24,000 bases of DNA, from sequence record MN038175.1; one strand, given 5' to 3'. The notes below the pieces were generated by a model. The model saw only the letters and a list, made by a program, of their open reading frames with translations. It was not told the origin of the DNA and searched no databases. The position numbers and the translations under genes were made by a program. Below, piece by piece: positions 8,883 to 15,872 of this stretch (position 1 is the first letter of the stretch; each line of letters opens with the position of its first letter). This stretch comes from Pantoea phage Phynn.

Positions 8883-9184
8883 ACGACAACACACCTTACG
8901 TCTACGTGATGGGTCATGGTTGGAATGTGGATCTCTACATCAATCTTCAGAAGAGGCAGAACCGGGTAATCTAACTGATACTCTTCTTGTTCATCACAGA
9001 CAATTTCCCAGTCGGTTGCTTTGATCTCGGCAACACTGGCAATGAAGACCTGATTGATCTCACACTTGCGGTGAGTTCTGCGAATGATTGTATCACCTTC
9101 ACGGAATACAATCATATCAGGAGAAATGGGGCGGTATGCCGTCTTACCGTGGCATACCTCGTTTAACATATCTTCGTAATTCAT
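8879..9184 (-). CDS. Hypothetical protein; possible DUF2829/Tad2-like N-terminal domain
   Basis: MNYEDMLNEVCHGKTAYR...VFIASVAEIKATDWEIV resembles the family pattern M.F.EAl..lk.Gkkv.R....DilAdDWeiv. ATGA overlap with the upstream gene. Confidence 0.7.
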   Translation of the reverse strand: MNYEDMLNEVCHGKTAYRPISPDMIVFREGDTIIRRTHRKCEINQVFIASVAEIKATDWEIVCDEQEEYQLDYPVLPLLKIDVEIHIPTMTHHVDVRCVVV

Positions 9185-9972
9185 TCTAATACCTTTACAC
9201 GGCTAACCGTTGTTTGTTGAATTTCGTTGTAAAGTTCATGCGCTTTAACAGTGGCTTTGAACTTTACTTCCTGACCAGCTTCGACAACTTTATTGCCAAA
9301 GTATACCACCATATTACCATCACAGACAAACTTGGTGAGGTATCTTTCTGCATAGGTGTTGTAGGCAACCTGGGTTGTACCGAGGTAAATAACGGCCTCT
9401 ACGACACCAGAGAACTCCATACGCTTCTTAACCTCACCAACATACCGGGAAGATGATTTAATCGCTTCCTGTGCTTCTGCGGCCTTATCTCGCATGATCT
9501 GTCGTGCCTGGATATAACCTTTCTCCAGAGCTACACCCATACAGGCATTGCACGCTGCAGCAAATACCGGGTTGTCGTGATTTTCTTTTGAATTGTCGGC
9601 AAACCAAAGAACCGAGTTTACCGGCATATCTTCAAAACGGCGACCTTTGTTTTTACCGATAGGCATAACACCGCTTTCGATGATCTCCATCTTCTCGGTA
9701 TCTTCTACAGACAGAACACCGCGACGCTCATACAGATCGAAATCGACATAGCCAGCAAACTTAGTTTCAAAGTTTTCTGATTGACCTAAACGCTGATCGA
9801 TGCCGTCATAGTATGCACGGGCTTTCTCTTCAGCAAGGGTAGGATCGGTTGAGAGATTACAGATGTAGTTGTCTGAACAAAATTGTCCGCCTACGCGCTT
9901 TACACGCAGAGTATACATAGCATTCTTAGCGCCAGAAGAGATGTAGTAGGTAGCGACGATTTTAGTAGTCAT
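9181..9972 (-). CDS. Hypothetical protein with a DUF3820-like GKNKGRRFEDMPVNSVLWFAD segment
   Basis: Start moved to the internal ATG (MTTKIVATYY) preceded by ATGAGGATTACAG. Track ORF starting at 10032 would cross the -10 and the hairpin arm. Confidence 0.75.
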   Translation of the reverse strand: MTTKIVATYYISSGAKNAMYTLRVKRVGGQFCSDNYICNLSTDPTLAEEKARAYYDGIDQRLGQSENFETKFAGYVDFDLYERRGVLSVEDTEKMEIIESGVMPIGKNKGRRFEDMPVNSVLWFADNSKENHDNPVFAAACNACMGVALEKGYIQARQIMRDKAAEAQEAIKSSSRYVGEVKKRMEFSGVVEAVIYLGTTQVAYNTYAERYLTKFVCDGNMVVYFGNKVVEAGQEVKFKATVKAHELYNEIQQTTVSRVKVLE

Positions 9973-10002
9973 TCTGTAATCCTCATAAGTTTTGTTGAGG
10001 CC

Positions 10003-10037
10003 AATATACAAGAAACCCCTGACTCTCGTCAAGGGTT
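10003..10037 (-). promoter_or_regulatory. Terminator hairpin containing the -35 of a promoter
   Basis: Minus strand: AACCCTTGAC-GAGA-GTCAGGGGTT stem (10014-10037); TTGACG (10027-10032), 18-nt spacer, TATATT (10003-10008). Between the stop of the 10045 ORF and the start at 9972. Confidence 0.7.
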
Positions 10038-10044
10038 ATTTTTA

Positions 10045-10251
10045 TTATACTGCCAGATATTTTGATAACTGGATATGCCACAACTTTTTCTGGGCTTTTC
10101 CACGGGGTTCCAGACATTTCATCTGCTGGTTAGATCCCCAGTGCTTGCACCCTAGTCGGTCATGTTTATTCATCGTTGATACAATGTTTTTCATGAGACC
10201 GCTATCAACTCCTACCGTATCTTCCTTAGTAAAAATTAACTGAATGCTCAT
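10045..10251 (-). CDS. Hypothetical protein
   Basis: ATGA overlap with the upstream ORF; stop lies just before the terminator. Confidence 0.6.
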   Translation of the reverse strand: MSIQLIFTKEDTVGVDSGLMKNIVSTMNKHDRLGCKHWGSNQQMKCLEPRGKAQKKLWHIQLSKYLAV

Positions 10252-10577
10252 AGAGCAAAACCAGTATGAACAACAGTAACACCACCTTCAAAGGTGAACG
10301 GGTCGTCTGACTTTTCAACCTTACACCCGCGCAGGAGGCCAACAAAACGGGTATCGATCTGAATCTCTTCTGCCGATTTAATGTTGCACTCGTCGCGTTC
10401 ACCCAGCATCAGATTTAGCGCTTCCAGTGCTTGCTGTACATCGTGCGATGCTTCATAGTTCAGATAATGCATGTGACACTTTTTAACGATATCGATGACT
10501 TCTTTGTCTTCGGTATCCACCAGGTAGAACTCTACGTCTTCGGGGATTAACTCATAAACTATCAGAATCTTGCTCAT
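10248..10577 (-). CDS. Hypothetical protein
   Basis: 109 aa, AAAGGTAAT ribosome-binding site before the ATG; coupled to neighbours. Confidence 0.75.
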   Translation of the reverse strand: MSKILIVYELIPEDVEFYLVDTEDKEVIDIVKKCHMHYLNYEASHDVQQALEALNLMLGERDECNIKSAEEIQIDTRFVGLLRGCKVEKSDDPFTFEGGVTVVHTGFAL

Positions 10578-10686
10578 GTCTATTACCTTTGTGTTTTTGC
10601 TTACGTTTGTCTTCTTTTTCGTGTTTCTTTTTGTCCTTGTGGACAGAAGACCTGTTAAAATCGTGTTTTGCTACTGGGTTATTCAC
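10552..10686 (-). CDS. Small Lys/His-rich protein, 44 aa, GTG start; not in the supplied ORF track
   Basis: Translation MNNPVAKHDFNRSSVHKDKKKHEKEDKRKQKHKGNRHEQDSDSL*. GTGA overlap with the stop of the upstream gene; fills the only coding gap in this stretch. Confidence 0.45.
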   Translation of the reverse strand: MNNPVAKHDFNRSSVHKDKKKHEKEDKRKQKHKGNRHEQDSDSL

Positions 10687-10976
10687 TGTCGATAATCCGT
10701 AATACGTCCTTTTGAATCTACACTACGAAATCTGACACCTTCTAAATTTCCGCCTTCACCGGCTAGGAGAAGAGAGGAAAGGTGCTTAGAGTCTACCCAG
10801 ATGATCGAAAGAGAATCTACCCCGTTAACCATACGGTATTCAGCCGGACAGTACCTGTTAATGTAGTCTATTACTTCCTCTTCGGTATCGGGGATATCCG
10901 AACCAAGCTGGCGACCAGAAAAGATAGTTTCCGCCCGCATCTTTTTACTGTTGTAGAAGGAACTAACATAACTCAT
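10683..10976 (-). CDS. Hypothetical protein
   Basis: 97 aa, GAGG ribosome-binding site. Confidence 0.7.
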   Translation of the reverse strand: MSYVSSFYNSKKMRAETIFSGRQLGSDIPDTEEEVIDYINRYCPAEYRMVNGVDSLSIIWVDSKHLSSLLLAGEGGNLEGVRFRSVDSKGRITDYRQ

Positions 10977-10996
10977 AGATGTGCCTCACAAAAGAT

Positions 10997-11014
10997 AAGG
11001 GGCTTTCGCCCCTT
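10997..11014 (-). terminator. Hairpin AAGGGGC-GAAA-GCCCCTT
   Basis: GC-rich perfect stem after the stop of the 11018 ORF. Confidence 0.65.
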
Positions 11015-11017
11015 TTG

Positions 11018-11263
11018 TTATTTCAGCAGGTCTGAAATCTTGCCGTGTACGCGTACTGCACGGGCATGGCTTTCGGTATGGCTTTCGCGACGTGCCTGCA
11101 GTTCTTTCATCTTTTCGGCATGTTTGCGAAGCAGTTCAGCCTCTTCATCCTGGACTTTCTGCACCTGTTCCAGGTCGTGCTGCTGGCGAACCTGCAGCTC
11201 ATTCAGGGTTTTGTCGAAATCAGCAACGATTGCATCTACAGAACGTGGGGTTTTCTTGAACAT
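11018..11263 (-). CDS. Hypothetical coiled-coil protein
   Basis: Charged heptad-like sequence LNELQVRQQHDLEQVQKVQDEEAELLRKHAEKMKELQARRE. Confidence 0.75.
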   Translation of the reverse strand: MFKKTPRSVDAIVADFDKTLNELQVRQQHDLEQVQKVQDEEAELLRKHAEKMKELQARRESHTESHARAVRVHGKISDLLK

Positions 11264-11274
11264 TTTATATACTC

Positions 11275-11715
11275 TTAGTAAGGTTGAAATTCAAAATCAT
11301 ACATGTCATTTAATGCGCGGTTCCAGTCGGAGTAATTGTTACTCGCTTCGAATTTTAACTGAATCGCACTTTCGAACATACTACCAGAAAGATTGTGTAA
11401 ACCAAAGAGGTTTTTAATCTTATCATGCTCCACGAAGTAGAATGAAGCGCTTTCTAACAAAGCAACCATCGCAGACGGCTCATGTTCACGGCGAGTGATT
11501 CGTAAAATGGTACGCCTTGCGCCTTGCTTCTGTCGTTGATTCGGTGCCACATAAAACCGGAAAGGGACTCGACCAGTCTTATCATCCACCACCAAGTAAA
11601 AACCCGGTGCTTTCAGGTCTGCAGTATCTTCTTTTTCAAACACACCGCGTTTTATGGAACCTACTTTAACAGAATAATCTTTGATGTCAATAAGATTTAG
11701 TGTTTTCTTTGTCAT
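11275..11715 (-). CDS. Hypothetical protein
   Basis: 146 aa, ATGA coupling with the upstream gene. Confidence 0.75.
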   Translation of the reverse strand: MTKKTLNLIDIKDYSVKVGSIKRGVFEKEDTADLKAPGFYLVVDDKTGRVPFRFYVAPNQRQKQGARRTILRITRREHEPSAMVALLESASFYFVEHDKIKNLFGLHNLSGSMFESAIQLKFEASNNYSDWNRALNDMYDFEFQPY

Positions 11716-12074
11716 TTCTTAACGCCTATTTTCATACCTAGTTTTGTGATCCCTTTGTTGTTGGTGAAAGGGAACAGAATTAACAGCACCGGAGATACGA
11801 ATACCACCTGCATAAGCATTAGAACAAAAACAGCCAGCGATGTCAATGCTTTCATTACGATTTCAATAAAAAGCCCCGCCATCGATACCACAAAAGCAAC
11901 AGATACGAATAAAAGGGTAATGATATTAGCAACAAGCGCTAATGATTTCCATTTAACGACATATCCGTCACCCAAATCCATTTCAAGTGGTTTGGTAATG
12001 CAACTATGCATTTGCTCTAAGCACGCAGTTCTATTTTCACGATTCACTTTAGTGACTTGATTGAGAATTCCCAT
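11712..12074 (-). CDS. Predicted membrane protein with two hydrophobic segments
   Basis: AGGAAA ribosome-binding site; LALVANIITLLFVSVAFVVSMAGLFIEIV and LTSLAVFVLMLMQVVFVSPVLLILF hydrophobic stretches. Confidence 0.8.
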   Translation of the reverse strand: MGILNQVTKVNRENRTACLEQMHSCITKPLEMDLGDGYVVKWKSLALVANIITLLFVSVAFVVSMAGLFIEIVMKALTSLAVFVLMLMQVVFVSPVLLILFPFTNNKGITKLGMKIGVKK

Positions 12075-12087
12075 AATATTTCCTGTA

Positions 12088-12105
12088 AGCGCCCCGAAGG
12101 GCGCT
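12088..12105 (-). promoter_or_regulatory. Very stable C(UUCG)G intercistronic hairpin AGCGCCC-TTCG-GGGCGCT between rIIB and the next gene
   Basis: 7-bp perfect stem with UUCG tetraloop on the coding (minus) strand, no U tract, just upstream of a ribosome-binding site. Confidence 0.8.
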
Positions 12106-12110
12106 GGTTG

Positions 12111-13040
12111 TTAGTAGTTATACTTGCTGATAAATTCTGTGGTTGCGTCTCCCATAGACAGATAACGGCATACGCGCATTTTAGCATTATCATAGTCTGT
12201 AGGGATTGCAACCACGTCAGCCGGGTTGATTTTCATCTTCAGGATCCGACCAGACCCGCCGTGATAGGACGGAATATAAGACGCTGCAGCAGCATGAAGA
12301 CCAGCAGAACACGTCCGGTGTTTATTTTCGTCTACCTGGTTGCGGGGCATCTCTACGACAAGACCAGGGCTGTTATCAAACGTACCGGTAGCAAAGTCTC
12401 GGTAGTTCTGATTTACCCGCTTCCATGCAATGATGTCGCCGTCTTCGCAGATCTCAATGTCATTATGAACAAGGAACCCGTAAAGCTGATATACCGCGTC
12501 CCGTGATGGGTTCTGCATCAGCTTTTCAAAGAAATTAACCAGATGTTCATACGGTCGCCCGTTATGCATTTCCGAGATGATACGCTTGGTAACAGAGGTA
12601 TCGAAAACCAGACCACCATACAGCACCTGATTACCGATAATCTTGATCTGACCCTTGCTGTAATTGGTAATGAATCGACCGGTATTAATCAGGCTGATAA
12701 CCTTTTCGATATTCTCAGTACCGCCCTGTTTCACCAGGTCAAAAGCATCCAAAAATTTCGGGTGTGAAGAATCTACGGTATAAACCTGACCATCCGCAGC
12801 CAGAACAGTAATGAACGATTCAGAGCCAATCATCTTGGGTTCTGTCGATGTTGGTTTAGGCTTCTTTGTTGCCTTTTTCTTGTCGGCTGTCGCAGTTTTG
12901 ATGAACTGGTCAATAACGCGCCCGATAGTACGAGCGCTTACACCAAACTGTTTAGCTAATGCCCGCATACTGACAGACTGATCTGTATATGCGGTCAGGA
13001 TAGCTGTCTTCTGTACTTCGTCTAAAATTTTAACACTCAT
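12111..13040 (-). CDS. rIIB: rIIB-like protein
   Basis: Resembles T4 RIIB: N-terminal helix-turn-helix-like segment MRALAKQFGVSARTIGRVI; DIEICEDGDIIAWKRVNQNYRDFATGTFDNSPGLVVEMPRNQVDENKHRTCSAGLHAAAASYI, VVAIPTDYDNAKMRVCRY. Located directly after rIIA. Confidence 0.95.
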   Translation of the reverse strand: MSVKILDEVQKTAILTAYTDQSVSMRALAKQFGVSARTIGRVIDQFIKTATADKKKATKKPKPTSTEPKMIGSESFITVLAADGQVYTVDSSHPKFLDAFDLVKQGGTENIEKVISLINTGRFITNYSKGQIKIIGNQVLYGGLVFDTSVTKRIISEMHNGRPYEHLVNFFEKLMQNPSRDAVYQLYGFLVHNDIEICEDGDIIAWKRVNQNYRDFATGTFDNSPGLVVEMPRNQVDENKHRTCSAGLHAAAASYIPSYHGGSGRILKMKINPADVVAIPTDYDNAKMRVCRYLSMGDATTEFISKYNY

Positions 13041-15241
13041 TATTTCCACCTGATAATAGATTGAATCGACTTATCTTTCAGCAAATTGATTAAATTTGTG
13101 TATCCGTATTGGGATAACGCCTCTGCAACCTTAATGATATATGGGTTCAGAGACGCAAACTTATCATACGCTTTTTCCGTTCTCTTTTCCATAGAAACAA
13201 GGTCTTTTTTGAACTTTTTGATCATTCCTGCTAACTTACGGGGAGGTTTATTCTCCATATACACCAGGTCTTTAACCGTTTTGTAAATTACCGCGTCCAT
13301 CGGGTCATTTTTGACAAACCGGGAAAGACTGATATCCATCTTCACCAAGCGACGGTATTTCTCATAATCACTCATATTGATCAGGTGATTGTTTGCAGCA
13401 ATACCCGGTAGTTTATCCATAAGGTAGTCGCAGAGGTAGTCATCCATATCCTGAAGCTGCGACTCCTTTTCCCACATCGTATTGCGGATGAAATACACCT
13501 CTTTAAGGCCGGTATTTTTCATCGTATGGTACAGGAAGGTATCATACTCGTTTTCTCTGGGTTCCAGTCTGTTCAGATTAAGAGCGGAATTGTCTTTCAT
13601 GGCGCTTACTTCGTCCAGACCATAGATCCGGAGTCCTACACCTTCCAGCTCTGCAAACTCGTCCCGAGTCATGCGGAGATTTTCCTTGCTGATCTGACTA
13701 GAACCCGGAGTAATAAACACTTTAACCACGTTCGGGGAAGATGGTCGGGATTCCCGAGTACCCTTCTTTTCGCGCTCCGTTTTAGGGAATTTTTTCTCGT
13801 ATGCTTCTAACTGTTCAGTCATTTCAGAAGCCTTGAGCCTGATGATCTCTGAATCTTCGTACATGCCGAACTTGATGATATTTTTAAGCTTTTCGGGATT
13901 TACCGATGAATTCACATAATGAATAACACCAGGAGCATTGTCACGTTTAATAATCGCGTCGCCTACCAAGTAAGGCTTAAAGGTTTTGGTGTCTACCTCA
14001 ATGATATACAGGTTTTTCTGTGCCCAGGGAGAAAACATCTTATCGATACGCGTGCGCCGAATCGTTTCTGACTTGTGCGTATAACCACGACCCACCATCA
14101 TATAATCACTACGGGATGCTTCCACGTAGTTAGACCAGAACCCCGGAATAGTACCCAGAGATTCAAGGTTTTTCGACATGGTAATATGCTGATAAACTAA
14201 ACCGATAGAGTGACCATTGATCTTAAACTCGTCTTTCCGCGAGACATATGCCTGAATAGAACTACTCAGGTTATGATAAAAAGCAAGTTTGTCGCGGACG
14301 GTTTTGCGCTCGTTGAACTGTAAAAGCAACGTATCCCAGAAAGTATTATGGATAGCCCCGATCTTATCTTTCAGATTTTGCAGGGTAACACGATCCAGAC
14401 TGAGGTTTTCGCGTGACGGCTGGAAATCAAGATCGCCGATTTTAAAATCAATGATAGAAACAGAATCGCTGATATAAAACTTCAGCAGGGTATCATTATA
14501 GATTTCCGGATCAATAGGATACATAATCCCGCCCATACGCGCATACAGACCGTTATAGGAATTATGGCGCGTCTTGATAAACAGTTCGCCTTTGCGCTTC
14601 ACTGTAGGCAGATAGGAAACGCCAGGATCAGCGGTGACAAAATTAGGACGAATTCCGGTGAACGCAGCAAACACCCGGCGTGCTTCTTTTTCCCATTCTG
14701 CGATATCGTTAGGGTTTACCGGTACGATCACGGTAATACCGCTATGTTCATCCGTAGGGATTTCGTACAGGGTATCGATATAAGGAAGACTGTTCTCCTT
14801 ATACACCACATAGCCACGTTTGACGCCACCATATACTGATTCAACAGTAAACGTGTCTGAGTATGACAGAGGAGACTTACTACCCAGACCCAGCGCACCG
14901 ATGGTATCGTTAGAATCGGTCTTAGACGACTTGAAGTACGTGGTGTACATGTCGTAGATAGAATCATGATCCATACCCACGCCATAATCGCGGACAATAA
15001 AACGAGGATCAAGGACGGTTGGCATATGAACATCAAACGAGTCCTCGTTACCAATCACAATATGACCGTCAATCGCATTGCAGCAGATTTCGCGAATAAC
15101 CGCGCGGATCTTGTAGGTATAGATGTCAGAAGAAAGGATTTTGTATGCCTTCTCCCCGATCTCGACGCCAAACGCAGAGGCAACACCTTTAGCAACGCCG
15201 GTGCGGTGAATTTCAGGAGAAGGTAAGGAACGTACTTTCAT
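13040..15241 (-). CDS. rIIA: rIIA-like protein with GHKL ATPase fold
   Basis: AIREICCNAIDGHI, FIVRDYGVGM, IGALGLGSKSPLSYSDTFTVES (GHKL-type motifs); TAATG junction with rIIB. Confidence 0.95.
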   Translation of the reverse strand: MKVRSLPSPEIHRTGVAKGVASAFGVEIGEKAYKILSSDIYTYKIRAVIREICCNAIDGHIVIGNEDSFDVHMPTVLDPRFIVRDYGVGMDHDSIYDMYTTYFKSSKTDSNDTIGALGLGSKSPLSYSDTFTVESVYGGVKRGYVVYKENSLPYIDTLYEIPTDEHSGITVIVPVNPNDIAEWEKEARRVFAAFTGIRPNFVTADPGVSYLPTVKRKGELFIKTRHNSYNGLYARMGGIMYPIDPEIYNDTLLKFYISDSVSIIDFKIGDLDFQPSRENLSLDRVTLQNLKDKIGAIHNTFWDTLLLQFNERKTVRDKLAFYHNLSSSIQAYVSRKDEFKINGHSIGLVYQHITMSKNLESLGTIPGFWSNYVEASRSDYMMVGRGYTHKSETIRRTRIDKMFSPWAQKNLYIIEVDTKTFKPYLVGDAIIKRDNAPGVIHYVNSSVNPEKLKNIIKFGMYEDSEIIRLKASEMTEQLEAYEKKFPKTEREKKGTRESRPSSPNVVKVFITPGSSQISKENLRMTRDEFAELEGVGLRIYGLDEVSAMKDNSALNLNRLEPRENEYDTFLYHTMKNTGLKEVYFIRNTMWEKESQLQDMDDYLCDYLMDKLPGIAANNHLINMSDYEKYRRLVKMDISLSRFVKNDPMDAVIYKTVKDLVYMENKPPRKLAGMIKKFKKDLVSMEKRTEKAYDKFASLNPYIIKVAEALSQYGYTNLINLLKDKSIQSIIRWK

Positions 15242-15264
15242 ATTAAAAATCTCTCAAGTTATGT

Positions 15265-15801
15265 TTAAGACAGAAATGATTGTAACTCGAATGAAGTCAT
15301 TTTGACAACGGATAATTTGCCTCTCGTTTCTTTCCGGCCGGAAACGTACATCGTTTTGATATTCCGCTTTCCGAACATACAATCTTCGTAGAAGCGCTTA
15401 TCGACAACCGACATATACTTCTTTTTACTTGGAGCATATTCGTAGAATATCACGTAAACTGGTTTATTCGGGTCTCCGTTAGGGTCTGCGATTCTCGCCT
15501 TTTCCCTGACCGGTTTCGCTCCGATACGTACAGCAACCTTCTGCCATTCCGGACCGTGAGCGGCACCCCACCCAGCAATCGCATGTGCGATTTCATGCAA
15601 TAAGGTATCGAGGATGTTTTCGTAACTGTCTTCCTGTGCATGACGACGCGCAAGATCAATGGTCTGTGTATTGTAGTTGCATACGCCCAAAGCACGCGTA
15701 AGACGACCATTGATTTTGAACTTCCACTGTGACAAGCCATGCTGTTTCATGATGGTTGTCGCCCAATGGATAATACTCATATCACTACGATCAGTTAACA
15801 T
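15265..15801 (-). CDS. SprT-like zinc metallopeptidase
   Basis: HEIAHAIAGWGAAHGPEWQKVAVRIGAKP (HExxH plus downstream His). Start at ATG preceded by GGAGGATGTAAT; the track ORF start at 15870 would cross the hairpin/promoter. Confidence 0.85.
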   Translation of the reverse strand: MLTDRSDMSIIHWATTIMKQHGLSQWKFKINGRLTRALGVCNYNTQTIDLARRHAQEDSYENILDTLLHEIAHAIAGWGAAHGPEWQKVAVRIGAKPVREKARIADPNGDPNKPVYVIFYEYAPSKKKYMSVVDKRFYEDCMFGKRNIKTMYVSGRKETRGKLSVVKMTSFELQSFLS

Positions 15802-15812
15802 ATTACATCCTC

Positions 15813-15872
15813 CGTTTCGATGTGTGTAATATAACAAAGCCCTCACCATAAGGCAAGGGCTTTTTATCATTT
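15813..15872 (-). promoter_or_regulatory. Terminator-promoter module plus conserved leader
   Basis: Minus strand: hairpin AGCCCTTGCC-TTAT-GGTGAGGGCT (15838-15861), -35 TTGCCT (15851-15856), 17 nt, -10 TATATT (15828-15833), then ACACACATCGAAACG. 15828-15872 is identical to 23226-23270. Confidence 0.7.

Noticed and set aside
9973-10032. Longer version of the 9181 ORF starting at 10032
   Set aside because: It would start inside the hairpin and include the -10; ATG at 9972 has an AGGA site.
10782-11417. Plus-strand 211-aa ORF
   Set aside because: Antisense to three small but well-packed minus-strand genes with ribosome-binding sites and a terminator; Ser/Arg/Cys-rich translation is typical of antisense frames.
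12088-12105. Classic rho-independent terminator after rIIB
   Set aside because: The stem is strong but there is no U tract on the minus strand (TTACAGG follows).
12057-13286. Plus-strand ORFs 12057..12506, 12543..12767 and 13086..13286
   Set aside because: Antisense to rIIB and rIIA, which are clearly recognised.
15801-15870. Longer SprT-like ORF starting at 15870
   Set aside because: It would translate through the terminator hairpin and -10 region; ATG at 15801 has a near-perfect GGAGG ribosome-binding site.
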